From contig CACWOQ010000004.1 in NCBI GenBank assembly GCA_902762505.1, forward strand, positions 2,953-66,952: a stretch of 64,000 nucleotides of DNA, given 5' to 3'. This document shows, in pieces, positions 54,524 through 63,488 of this stretch (position 1 is the first letter of the stretch; the number at the start of each line of letters is the position of its first letter). A program made the position numbers and the translations under genes. The stretch comes from an uncultured Ruminococcus sp. GTDB lineage: Bacteria > Bacillota > Clostridia > Oscillospirales > CAG-272. Below the pieces are notes generated by a model. It saw only the letters and a list, made by a program, of their open reading frames with translations. It searched no databases and had not been told where the DNA came from.

Positions 54524-55798
54524 TCAGTTTACGTATTCCGCGTATGTGAATGTACCGCTCTCGAAAAACCACGGTATAGATTGTATTATCCTGTCGTCGG
54601 TTGGCAATCCGATAACGTTTTTATATTCCACCGTGACTCTGACGGTATGCTCGGCGCCCTTTAAGAGAAATTCACGGTATTCGTATTCTATCGAACCGAC
54701 GTTTCCGAGTCCGCCATACTCCCTGAAAACGTCGTATAACGGATAATCCGGATTATCCTCGTCAATACGTCCGTCAAATCCGTATTCGATCCCGATACCG
54801 CGCCAGCCATCCGGTCTCTTGTGTTCTTCCGCTTCCGATACGGCGAGACGGAGATCCGGATCGTCGGCACCGACGTTCAGAGAATAGCCTAACAACGACA
54901 ATCCGTCAAATTCGTGATCGGAATATGCGGCGACGGCGCCGCCGCCGTTTCTGAAGTAAACGAGCCTCCTGTGCTCAAGATCTTCAATTTGCTTTGATAC
55001 ACCGTAATCCGGATCCATCGTCCCGTATAAAAAAGTCGTCCAATCGTTATAACAATAGGCTTCGAGCCACAGGTATTCCGATACATACGGATCGTCCGGA
55101 GGTCCTCCGGCAAATTCGTCTTTGTCAACGATCCTGACCGGACCTCGGGTCTTTACCTCTACGTCGGGTATTCCGGTTTCCGGAACTGTTGTTTCGGGAG
55201 CCGTTGTTTCCGGCGGCGTTTCGGGGGTTGCCGTTTCGGCGGTCGTCGTTTCCGGGGGCGTTGTTTCGGGAGTCGTCGTTTCCGGCGGAGTTGTTTCCGG
55301 CGGAGTTGTCACCGGTGTCTGCGTTTCCTTTATCTCCGTCACGGGCGCTATGGTCACGGGCGCCGCTGTTTCGGGTTCCGCCGTTTCACCGTCTGTTTCG
55401 GGAGGCGCCGTTTCAGTCTCCGAAGCCGCTGTCACAGGCTCCGGCTCCGTGCCGGGTGAGGTTTGACCGTCTGCCGTCTCTGTATTATCCGGGTCGGTTC
55501 CGGTTATCGCCGGCGCAGCGGCGGTCACTTCCGTGCCGTCCGACGATCCGCCGTTCACGCCGGATTCGGCGTTGGTATACACACCGGGTCTGAAGCTGCC
55601 GAACGCACGGTGCACGGAAGTCACGGCGAGTACCGAGAAAACGGTAACGGCGGCGATAACGGCGAACAGCACCGGATACAGCCTTGATTTTCTGTCCGTG
55701 TCGATCACGACGCGTGCGGCTGAGGAGGTGCGCTCCGCGCAGAAAACGCAGAACGACGATCCGTTGTCGATCTGCCTGCCGCAGTTCGGGCATTTCAT
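54524..55798 (-). CDS. Zinc-ribbon / single-TM / T-E-P linker / extracellular-domain protein (module B)
   Basis: Preferred start is ATG 55798 (MKCPNCGRQIDNGSSFCVFC), 11 nt after AAAGGAGG. TM helix YPVLFAVIAAVTVFSVLAVTSV. PETT repeats. The C-terminal domain of about 210 aa is unrelated to that of module A. Confidence 0.65.
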   Translation of the reverse strand: MKCPNCGRQIDNGSSFCVFCAERTSSAARVVIDTDRKSRLYPVLFAVIAAVTVFSVLAVTSVHRAFGSFRPGVYTNAESGVNGGSSDGTEVTAAAPAITGTDPDNTETADGQTSPGTEPEPVTAASETETAPPETDGETAEPETAAPVTIAPVTEIKETQTPVTTPPETTPPETTTPETTPPETTTAETATPETPPETTAPETTVPETGIPDVEVKTRGPVRIVDKDEFAGGPPDDPYVSEYLWLEAYCYNDWTTFLYGTMDPDYGVSKQIEDLEHRRLVYFRNGGGAVAAYSDHEFDGLSLLGYSLNVGADDPDLRLAVSEAEEHKRPDGWRGIGIEYGFDGRIDEDNPDYPLYDVFREYGGLGNVGSIEYEYREFLLKGAEHTVRVTVEYKNVIGLPTDDRIIQSIPWFFESGTFTYAEYVN

Positions 55799-55922
55799 AT
55801 CCGCGCTCACCTCCTTTTAACGTATTTTACCACCGATGCGCGCAAAAATCAATATTTGCGGGAAAATTGAAAAGCCGTTTTTTAAAATTTATGATTTTTT
55901 GTTTTTTTCGGCGTAAAATATC

Positions 55923-55951
55923 TTGACAAACGTCTGAAAACTGTATATAAT
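55923..55951 (+). promoter_or_regulatory. Consensus sigma-A promoter
   Basis: TTGACA, 17 nt, TATAAT, about 40 nt upstream of 55994. Confidence 0.7.
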
Positions 55952-55993
55952 TAACAATAACGCAAGGCGTAATTTATATTAAAGGAGAATAAC

Positions 55994-56920
55994 ATGAAAA
56001 AAGTACTTTCAATAGTCCTTTGCACGCTTCTCTGCGCGGCTCTCGCTCTGACTTCGTTCGCAGCCAGCCACGCCGAATCCGCTAAAGCCGGCGAAGAGCT
56101 CTTCGCGGATGACTTTTCCGGTGACTCCCTCGACGCTGAAAAGTGGGATGCATGGGCCGGCTACGCAGTAACCGACGGCAAGCTCCATCTCGGCCACGGT
56201 GCAAGCTGGATCGATTCCTCGCCCGGCGCCAACACCAAGGTCACGTTCAAAAACTATATCGCAGAATTCGACTTCGCGGGCGACGGCAGAGACTGCTACT
56301 ACGGCTTCGGTCTCCGCACTCTCACCAGCCATACCGCCGCTTCTTTGTTCAACGGCGGCAGATTCGGTGTTCCGTCCGCGGCTGAAACGTCCACCGGTAT
56401 CGCGATAGACATCTTCGGCGCCGGCAACTCCACCCTCAACGGCGCAGCTCTCGGTATCACGTTCTGCAACGGCGGTGAAAACGGCTCCGCTCCGGCCCTC
56501 TCGATCCCGTACGCAAACGGCTTCGACGGCAAGGCCGAGACCCACTTCAAGGTAGTTGACTCCGGCGAAAAGATCACGATCTACGCCGCGAACAACGAGA
56601 TCGCGACCATCGAGCTTTCCGGTCTGTCCGACGGCAGCTACACCAAAGCCGCCGTATTCGGACCCGACGGTGCTTCCCTCGGTTCCTTCGACGTAACCGT
56701 CGCTGAAGAAGGCGCTCTCGCTTTCTATCAGAGAAACGACCACATCACCGTTGACAACCTGAAGGTCAACGCCATCGCGGAAGAAGCCGGCGAACAGCCC
56801 GGCGGCGATACTCCCGCGGATCCCGTAAATCCGGGTACTGCCGACGCTTCCGTCATAGCTGTCGCGGCTGTCGCCTGCGTAGCTCTTGCCGGTGTCGTTG
56901 TTGCGAAAAAGGTAAGATAA
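55994..56920 (+). CDS. Secreted DUF1080/LamG-like (concanavalin-type lectin fold) protein with a C-terminal NPGTAD sorting-signal-like tail
   Basis: AAAGGAGAA RBS and a signal peptide ...TSFAAS. FADDFSGDSLDAEKWDAWAGYAVTDGKLHL is a DUF1080-like opening. C-terminus VNPGTADASVIAVAAVACVALAGVVVAKKVR. Confidence 0.6.
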   Translation: MKKVLSIVLCTLLCAALALTSFAASHAESAKAGEELFADDFSGDSLDAEKWDAWAGYAVTDGKLHLGHGASWIDSSPGANTKVTFKNYIAEFDFAGDGRDCYYGFGLRTLTSHTAASLFNGGRFGVPSAAETSTGIAIDIFGAGNSTLNGAALGITFCNGGENGSAPALSIPYANGFDGKAETHFKVVDSGEKITIYAANNEIATIELSGLSDGSYTKAAVFGPDGASLGSFDVTVAEEGALAFYQRNDHITVDNLKVNAIAEEAGEQPGGDTPADPVNPGTADASVIAVAAVACVALAGVVVAKKVR

Positions 56921-56933
56921 CCTGAAACAGATC

Positions 56934-56964
56934 AAGGCGGATGACTTCTCATCCGCCTTTTTCC
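56934..56964 (+). terminator. Intrinsic terminator
   Basis: AAGGCGGATGA-CTTC-TCATCCGCCTT then TTTTCC. Confidence 0.8.
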
Positions 56965-57110
56965 TTTGATCCGCTTGCCGATTTTTTCCGCTTTTTTCAA
57001 AAAAATACGAAAAAAACCGCGATAATTATGCTCGCAGGTTAACACAAACGCCGAAAAATATGTATAATAGGAGGCAGAGCACAGACGTGAGTGAAAGGAA
57101 ATTCCGGGCT

Positions 57111-57539
57111 ATGGATAAAACAACGAAAGAGCTGCTTGAAACGATGAAAACAAGCAAGAACTACTACGAATATCTTGTCGAGAATGAAACCTCTCTTTAT
57201 TCCGGCAAAATGAAGCCCGGACGCGCTCTGAAATCGCTCATAGCCGAATCCGGTATGAAAAAAGCGGACATAATCGCAAAATCCACAATAGAACAGCACT
57301 ACGCCTATCAGATCTTCGAGGACAAAAAAAGACCCTCGCGCGACAAGATGATAATGCTCTGTTTCGGGCTTCAGTTATCTCTTGACGATGCGAACGATCT
57401 TTTCAAGGTCACCGGATATCCTCCGCTTTACGCGAAGGATATGCGCGACAACATAATCATATACTGTCTTGAAAAAAAGCAGAGAGTGATAGACGTGAAC
57501 CTGCTTCTTGCCGAACGCGGGTTCCAGACGCTCGATTAA
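57111..57539 (+). CDS. XRE-like HTH protein (paralog B)
   Basis: ATG at 57111 (GAAAGGAA upstream). GMKKADIIAKSTIEQHYAYQIFEDKKRPSRDKMIMLCFGLQL...GYPPLYAKDMRD is collinear with 49371..49790. Confidence 0.65.
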   Translation: MDKTTKELLETMKTSKNYYEYLVENETSLYSGKMKPGRALKSLIAESGMKKADIIAKSTIEQHYAYQIFEDKKRPSRDKMIMLCFGLQLSLDDANDLFKVTGYPPLYAKDMRDNIIIYCLEKKQRVIDVNLLLAERGFQTLD

Positions 57540-58828
57540 AGCCGTCTTGACATCTCCTCCGCGATCTTTCCCGTGTTTACGTACACGATGACCGCAAGCG
57601 CGACGCAAGCCGCGATCCCGGCGAATCTCACGACGCCCGCGTAAAGCATTCCGAAGCCGGAGGCGGCGGATACGGCGCAGGCGGCGATTCCGGCGATTCC
57701 GATCAGCTTGCATCTGTTATACAAACCTCTCAGATAGCCCTCCTCGTCAAACGTGGGGGCTTTTGTATATTTGACGACGGCTTCGCAGAGATATCCGTAA
57801 AGCAGATAGAACAGGTACGCGAACAAAACGAAGCAAAGGGCGCGAAGCGAAGCGACCGTCAAAAACGGCGCGGACGGTGAAAACGATCCGTTGTAGTGTT
57901 TTTGCGCCGTCACAAGCTCAAGCGAAAACGAGCCGGCGCAGAGCGCCGCAGTCACAGCCGAGACGACGGCGGCTTTTTTTGTTTTCGCAACGGCTCTCAA
58001 TCTGTAAAACGCGGCGAGCATCAGCGCTGCCGCGATGAAATCCGGTATCACGTCGACTCCGCGGATGAAAACGCCGGATAACGCGGCGCAGGCTGCCGTC
58101 AGAAGCGACGCCGACGCCTTTACCGACATAAAAGCCTGTTTCTCTTCATCCGAGCCGATCTCCGCGTCGTATCGCGCGGCGATCGCCGCGACAGACACTT
58201 TATCGGAGCGGAGCCTGCCGAAATACCTCACGGCGAGGATGAAGAATACGACGCCGATCATAAGCGATATCACAAAGCAGGCGACGGTTATCACGGATCT
58301 GCTGTCGTAGAGCGTGGCCCTCTGCAGATCGTCCACCGTGACGGATTCCTTATACGCGTTGTTCGTCAGCACCGTCAGCTCCGGCGCTGCGGCGAGCACG
58401 GCGCGTCCGATCACGAACACGCGCGAGGTGAGAAGCAGATCGTCGTGATATTTGTCGGGCACGTCGCAGCCGGCGCGTGTGCTGAGATAATAGCTCCCCT
58501 CGCGCAGCTCGGAAAAAGCCGGAAGAAGGAACACCGTCTCCGCTATCGCGAACGCGAACACGACGAGCATTTCCGTCATCTCGTCGCGCAGGCCCGCGAC
58601 GGCGGGCGTGAGTATCAGCCTTGCGAGGCTGAGATATAAAAGATACCTGAAATTGCGCGCGGCGGAATGCAAATCGCCGTTCAGCTGAGACGTCTTATAT
58701 AATCCGGCGGCGATCAGCGCGTACCCGATAACGTCCGGCATGAAATCGTACAGACCGAACGCGGGGACGAACAGAAACGCGATGCCGGCTATGATCAAAC
58801 CGTAACCCATAAGCAACGCTCCTTTCAC
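57536..58828 (-). CDS. Polytopic membrane protein of unknown function (about 10 predicted TM helices)
   Basis: 430 aa, hydrophobic throughout, no recognisable motif. Its stop overlaps the stop of the convergent HTH gene by 4 nt. Confidence 0.5.
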   Translation of the reverse strand: MKGALLMGYGLIIAGIAFLFVPAFGLYDFMPDVIGYALIAAGLYKTSQLNGDLHSAARNFRYLLYLSLARLILTPAVAGLRDEMTEMLVVFAFAIAETVFLLPAFSELREGSYYLSTRAGCDVPDKYHDDLLLTSRVFVIGRAVLAAAPELTVLTNNAYKESVTVDDLQRATLYDSRSVITVACFVISLMIGVVFFILAVRYFGRLRSDKVSVAAIAARYDAEIGSDEEKQAFMSVKASASLLTAACAALSGVFIRGVDVIPDFIAAALMLAAFYRLRAVAKTKKAAVVSAVTAALCAGSFSLELVTAQKHYNGSFSPSAPFLTVASLRALCFVLFAYLFYLLYGYLCEAVVKYTKAPTFDEEGYLRGLYNRCKLIGIAGIAACAVSAASGFGMLYAGVVRFAGIAACVALAVIVYVNTGKIAEEMSRRL

Positions 58829-58869
58829 GTATATTATACCGCCATTTTATGAACGTTTCAAGCCGCTTT

Positions 58870-60258
58870 TCATTCCTTTACGAGTCTCAACGCCCATTTG
58901 CAGCGGCGGAGCAGGATGAATCCGAGCACGGCTTTGAATATTTCAAGTCCCTGCCCTATCGCGAACAGAGGGCGGATGTCGATCGACGTCGCGCGCGACA
59001 GGACGAGCATTGCGGGAACGATGACGACCCACATGAACACGCTGTCGAAAAGCACCGTTATAAGCACCTTTCCGCCGGAGCGCAGCGTGAAATACGCGCC
59101 GTTCGCGTACGCGTCGAACGGCATGACGATCGAGAACACGATTATCATATACGCTGCAAGCGAAGCGACCGTCTGCGACGTTTTATAGAACATCGGGAAC
59201 ACGAAGGACGAGGCGGCGAGCATGAGCGAGACGACGACGGTGCAGCCGACCGTAAATATGAGCAGCTTTTTGTCCGTTCTCTTTGCTTCCTCGATCTGTC
59301 CCGCGCCGAGCAGATTGCCGATTATGACGGCGATAGCCGAGCCGAGCGACAGATATATGACGTTGAAGAGATTCGTCACCGTGGTCGATATGCTCATGGC
59401 GGTGACGGCGTCGAGCCCGCAGGTCGAGTAGCACTGGCTCCGCACGGTGATAGATAACGCCCAGAAGCCCTCGTTCAGCATGAGCGGAAGCCCCATGACC
59501 GCGATGTTTTTCACAAGTGAAAGCGGCACGCGCGGCGAGCGGAAGGCTCCTTTGATGAACGGGCATTTTTTGCGGTTCGCCCCGGTCCAGATCACGAGGA
59601 TCAGAAATTCGATGTATCTCGATATCACGGTCGCGATCGCGGCTCCGGCGACGCCGAGCTCGGGCGCGCCGAAATGACCGAAAATAAGGACGTAGTTGAG
59701 CACGAGGTTGACGACGACCGCGGCGGAGCTCGCCGCCATGGGCGGGACCGTCTTGCCCGTCTCACGCAAAGTCGACGCGTACGCCTGCGAAAGCGAATAC
59801 GGAATTATGCCGAAAAGCATGACGCGGAGGTACTGCTGCGCGAGGCTGCGCGTCAGCTCAAGGTCGATATCCGAGCCCGTTTCCGTAAGGAACGTACCGA
59901 TGAAAAAGCCGCCCGAAAAGATGAAAAGCAGAAGCCCGGCGACGCCGGAGACGGCGCAAATTATGACTTTCGCGCGGAACGTCGCACGGACGTTCAATAC
60001 GTCGCCCTTGCCGTGGTACTGCGCCGTGAAGATCCCGGCGGCGGAGACCGCGCCGAACGTGACGAGGTAGAACACGAACATGAACTGGTTGACGATGGCG
60101 ACGCCGGACGTCGCCTCGCTTGAAACGTTGCCGACCATCACGTTGTCGAGCACGCCGACGACGTTCGTCACGCCGTTCTGTATCACCATCGGCAAAGCTA
60201 TGGCGAATACGTTTCTGAAAAACCGCCTGTCGGCGAAATAATCTCTTATCTTTCCCAT
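58870..60258 (-). CDS. MATE-family efflux transporter
   Basis: 462 aa, 12-TM pattern. N-terminal FFRNVFAIALPMVIQNGVTNVVGVLDNVMVG is the typical MatE opening. Internal duplication. Confidence 0.85.
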   Translation of the reverse strand: MGKIRDYFADRRFFRNVFAIALPMVIQNGVTNVVGVLDNVMVGNVSSEATSGVAIVNQFMFVFYLVTFGAVSAAGIFTAQYHGKGDVLNVRATFRAKVIICAVSGVAGLLLFIFSGGFFIGTFLTETGSDIDLELTRSLAQQYLRVMLFGIIPYSLSQAYASTLRETGKTVPPMAASSAAVVVNLVLNYVLIFGHFGAPELGVAGAAIATVISRYIEFLILVIWTGANRKKCPFIKGAFRSPRVPLSLVKNIAVMGLPLMLNEGFWALSITVRSQCYSTCGLDAVTAMSISTTVTNLFNVIYLSLGSAIAVIIGNLLGAGQIEEAKRTDKKLLIFTVGCTVVVSLMLAASSFVFPMFYKTSQTVASLAAYMIIVFSIVMPFDAYANGAYFTLRSGGKVLITVLFDSVFMWVVIVPAMLVLSRATSIDIRPLFAIGQGLEIFKAVLGFILLRRCKWALRLVKE

Positions 60259-60383
60259 AAAAACCTCACAATACGGCGATTATAGCACATAAATCACGCA
60301 TTGTCAATACGTGCGCCGTCATATAAAATCCCCGCGGACCGCGCCGCGGGGGTTTTTATGTTGATTTTTATTCCGGATCAGTC

Positions 60384-61394
60384 TCATTCGACGTATTCGG
60401 CGACCTTCACGGCGTACCGTTTCTCCGTTTTTCCGGCTGCACCGTCTTCACCGACTTTCTTTTCTTTTATTACGACCTCGACCCACAGTCCGTCTTCCGC
60501 GGGTATGGCGGTACAGGAAACCTTTTTCCTCAAAACTCCCGGAATATTTTCATCCGAGGTGCTGCATATCCTGTTCCTGTCAAGCTTTATACCGCTGAAA
60601 GGCTCAAGCGCCTTGTCATACAGCTCGCCGCAGAATTCGAGGACCGTTCCGTCGTTTCTTATGACGGCTTTTACGTCATCTCCGCGTCTTATACCGTCAG
60701 TCTCCCTGTAAAAGGTGAACGTGTATTCGGCTCTGAAATCCCTGTCTTCTTTCGTGTAATTCTTGAAATCCGCGGTCTTATCTTCATCGGTGTATACGTG
60801 GATGAGAGACGGTTCGGTCACGTGCGTGTCAACGTCATATTTCCATTCCCTCGCGTCGACCCCGGTGTATTCAAGGATAACGGCTCTCGCGTAATCCGCG
60901 TAATCCTTCTCCGTTGAATCTTCATTGATGGGACCCGTGAACGTAAGCGCGTCGGGCGTCTCGTCCGGACTGTACGTGTATCTTACGATCCCTCCGGTCA
61001 CCTCGTCAAACCATAACGCCGCAAACGCACCCTCAGTCCCGTTCCAGTACATATCGGCGCCGTGACCCCGTTTGAATGTATTTTGCGTCCATTCATAACG
61101 AAGGCAATATTCTTTTCCGAACACCGTTTCGGTTTTATCCGGAACTTCTTTCTTTTTGTAAGTTTCGGCTTTATGCAGATCATTCATGATCTGCATGACT
61201 TCCGCGGAAGATGAATCTGCTGTTTGAAGATCAGAAAGACGGTATTCCGACAATTCCGCGGTTTTTCTTGTTTCGGTTTCCTGTTCATTCTCATAAGAAG
61301 AACCCGCCGGTCCGCCTTTGATTTGACAGGAACAAAGAGCGCCGATAAGCGCTGCGGTTACGAGTAATACAATAATGAACAAGCGATTTTTCAT
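60384..61394 (-). CDS. Hypothetical lipoprotein
   Basis: Lipobox LIGALCSC. No recognisable domain. Terminator hairpin CCCCGCGG...CCGCGGGG just downstream, at about 60330-60356. Confidence 0.5.
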   Translation of the reverse strand: MKNRLFIIVLLVTAALIGALCSCQIKGGPAGSSYENEQETETRKTAELSEYRLSDLQTADSSSAEVMQIMNDLHKAETYKKKEVPDKTETVFGKEYCLRYEWTQNTFKRGHGADMYWNGTEGAFAALWFDEVTGGIVRYTYSPDETPDALTFTGPINEDSTEKDYADYARAVILEYTGVDAREWKYDVDTHVTEPSLIHVYTDEDKTADFKNYTKEDRDFRAEYTFTFYRETDGIRRGDDVKAVIRNDGTVLEFCGELYDKALEPFSGIKLDRNRICSTSDENIPGVLRKKVSCTAIPAEDGLWVEVVIKEKKVGEDGAAGKTEKRYAVKVAEYVE

Positions 61395-61482
61395 AATAGC
61401 CTCCTTAATTGAACTTGATAAGGAAAAACCGCGCCGGAGGTCACACCGGCGCGGTATTTTTACCGTAATTATTTCGTTCCTT

Positions 61483-62601
61483 TCAATCAGCCGTGACAGA
61501 CCGATCCGCCGCTTTATAATACGCCACGGCGAGGTCGACGACGAGCCCGTACGAGCGCGTGCCCTCCGGCTGTCCGTGCGCCTGAAGATATCCGTTGTTC
61601 ACTTTTTCCGATACCTCTGCGACCTTGTTTTCGCGGTAACGCTCGAAGAATTCGTTATACGCGATCATTTCGTTTTTATAAAGCGCCGGCACGCGCTGTG
61701 CGTAAAGCGATCTGTAAAGCTCCCTGTCGGCGCTGTAAAGCGACGTTGCCACGTATTCGTATACGCTTGCGTAACCGGAATATCTTATATACGGGTCGTC
61801 GCTTTCGAGGCAGACGAGGAACGCGACGAAGTTCGCCTCGTCCTCCCGGGCGATCCCGCGCTGATGCGCCATTTCGTGCGCGGCTGTATACGGTATCGTA
61901 TAATCCGGGAAATTCACGTTTATGTTCGCCTCACCGGTAAAAAACGTATATACTCCGGAAATATGCGTGTACGTCCACGGCTCGGACAGCGCGACGGGCT
62001 TCGGGTTTGATCTGAATTTCGATATGAAGCCGTATTTTTCGCACGCCGTCTCATACGCCGCATTGAGCTTTTTGTTCATTTCACCGAGGCTGTACGGCAT
62101 CACCGAGCCTTCTCCGTATACGAATCCGACCCCGTCGATATTGTCCCTCACGCCGTCTATCAGCGCGTACGCCGTATCGTACAGCTCCTCCGCCGAGACC
62201 TCCCGGCGCTGAAGTCCGAGCCGCTGATCGAGCGGCGTCGTATAATACCCCGCCGAAAAATTCACGAGCAGGACCGCGTAGACTATCGCCGCCGCGCCGA
62301 GCAGATTCAGCGAATAGCGAAAAGTCCCCGCCCACGAGTCCGACGCGCTCTTTCCGGCGAAATAGATGAACAGCGCTACGGTGAGAGGCGCGGTGAGTAT
62401 GATCGACTCCGCGATCGAAAACGGGAATATATTCGTTATATACGCGAGCGCCGCCCGCGGCACGGACGCGACCTTTGTTTGCCAGAAATCCGCGAACGCG
62501 GCGCTTTGAGACGCGGCGATCCTTATCGCAAGCCCCGCCGCGAGTATCGCCGCCGATATCAGGAAAAACGGCGATATTATCTTTTTTATCTTACTTTTCA
62601 T
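61483..62601 (-). CDS. DUF3810-family membrane protein (putative zinc metallopeptidase, HExxH)
   Basis: ATG at 62601 overlaps the upstream stop (ATGA). N-terminal TM helices. AAHEMAHQRGIAREDEANF is the DUF3810 HExxH block. Confidence 0.65.
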   Translation of the reverse strand: MKSKIKKIISPFFLISAAILAAGLAIRIAASQSAAFADFWQTKVASVPRAALAYITNIFPFSIAESIILTAPLTVALFIYFAGKSASDSWAGTFRYSLNLLGAAAIVYAVLLVNFSAGYYTTPLDQRLGLQRREVSAEELYDTAYALIDGVRDNIDGVGFVYGEGSVMPYSLGEMNKKLNAAYETACEKYGFISKFRSNPKPVALSEPWTYTHISGVYTFFTGEANINVNFPDYTIPYTAAHEMAHQRGIAREDEANFVAFLVCLESDDPYIRYSGYASVYEYVATSLYSADRELYRSLYAQRVPALYKNEMIAYNEFFERYRENKVAEVSEKVNNGYLQAHGQPEGTRSYGLVVDLAVAYYKAADRSVTAD

Positions 62602-63488
62602 ATTCCGAATAACGTTGTGAAGCACTCCGGCACCGGCGCGCAAAGCTCGAGCTTTTCGCCGGTCGTCGGGTGGTTGAGCGTCAGTCTGTTCGCGTGCAGC
62701 GCGAGCCTGCCGAGTCCGGCGTCCTCTCCGTCGCCGTAAAGTCCGTCTCCGGCTATCGGCGCGCCGAGATAAGCCATGTGGACGCGGAGCTGATGCGTCC
62801 TCCCCGTCCGCGGGATCAGCTTCATAAGCGAATACGTCTGCCCTTTATATACAGTCTCGGCGACTCTCTCGTACTCGGTAACGCATTCTCTGCCCTCGCC
62901 GCTGTCGCAGACGGAGCGGATTATTATGCTCTCCGCCTCGCGTCTGATGTTTTTTTCAAGCACGCCGGACTTCTGCTCCGTCAGTCCGTGGCAGACGGCG
63001 TAATACACTTTTTCCGGATGACAGCGGAAAAACTGATCGGACAGATTATAAGCCGCCATCCGCGTCCGCGCGACGACCACGACTCCCGACGTGGGATTGT
63101 CGAGCCGGTTCACGGCGCGGAAAACGAAATTTCCGCCGCGGTACCTGTAGGCGAGCGCGTTCGCCAGCGTGTCGTAATGGTGGTTGTGCGACGTATGCGT
63201 CGGCATTCCGGACGGTTTGTTCACCGCGACAAGCTCACCGTCCTCGTAAATGATCCCGACCGGGATATCCACGGGCTCGACGTCCGTGCTCTCGGTCTCC
63301 TCAAACCGGAGGCGCAGAACGTCGCCCGCGCGGCAGATATAACGCACGGTCTTTTGCTCGCCGTTTACGGTGATACCGTTTTCCGTGCGTTTCAGCTCCG
63401 TCAAAATACCGCCCGACATGGCGGGGATGCCGCGCAGAAAATCGCGCAGCAGCCTCCCCTCGTATTCGGGCGGGATAATGAATTCCAT
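62598..63488 (-). CDS. RluA-family pseudouridine synthase (RluD-like, with an N-terminal S4-like domain)
   Basis: Preferred start is ATG 63488 ([11 protein letters not shown]...), overlapping the ilvE stop (TGATG). AVNKPSGMPTH and NRLDNPTSGVVVVART match the RluA catalytic-Asp motif context. Confidence 0.8.
   Translation of the reverse strand: MEFIIPPEYEGRLLRDFLRGIPAMSGGILTELKRTENGITVNGEQKTVRYICRAGDVLRLRFEETESTDVEPVDIPVGIIYEDGELVAVNKPSGMPTHTSHNHHYDTLANALAYRYRGGNFVFRAVNRLDNPTSGVVVVARTRMAAYNLSDQFFRCHPEKVYYAVCHGLTEQKSGVLEKNIRREAESIIIRSVCDSGEGRECVTEYERVAETVYKGQTYSLMKLIPRTGRTHQLRVHMAYLGAPIAGDGLYGDGEDAGLGRLALHANRLTLNHPTTGEKLELCAPVPECFTTLFGI

Noticed and set aside
55122-55466. Plus-strand ORFs rich in V/S/G (55122..55466, 55189..55593), and Pro/Arg/Lys-rich ORFs at 50124..50507.
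   Set aside because: They are the reverse or shifted frames of the PETT linker repeats in the zinc-ribbon proteins. They are pure low-complexity sequence with no translation signals.
58849-60123. Plus-strand ORFs 58849..59457, 59674..60123 and others.
   Set aside because: They are antisense to the 12-TM MATE transporter gene. The highly charged Arg/Asp/His composition is typical of the antisense of hydrophobic GC-rich coding sequence.
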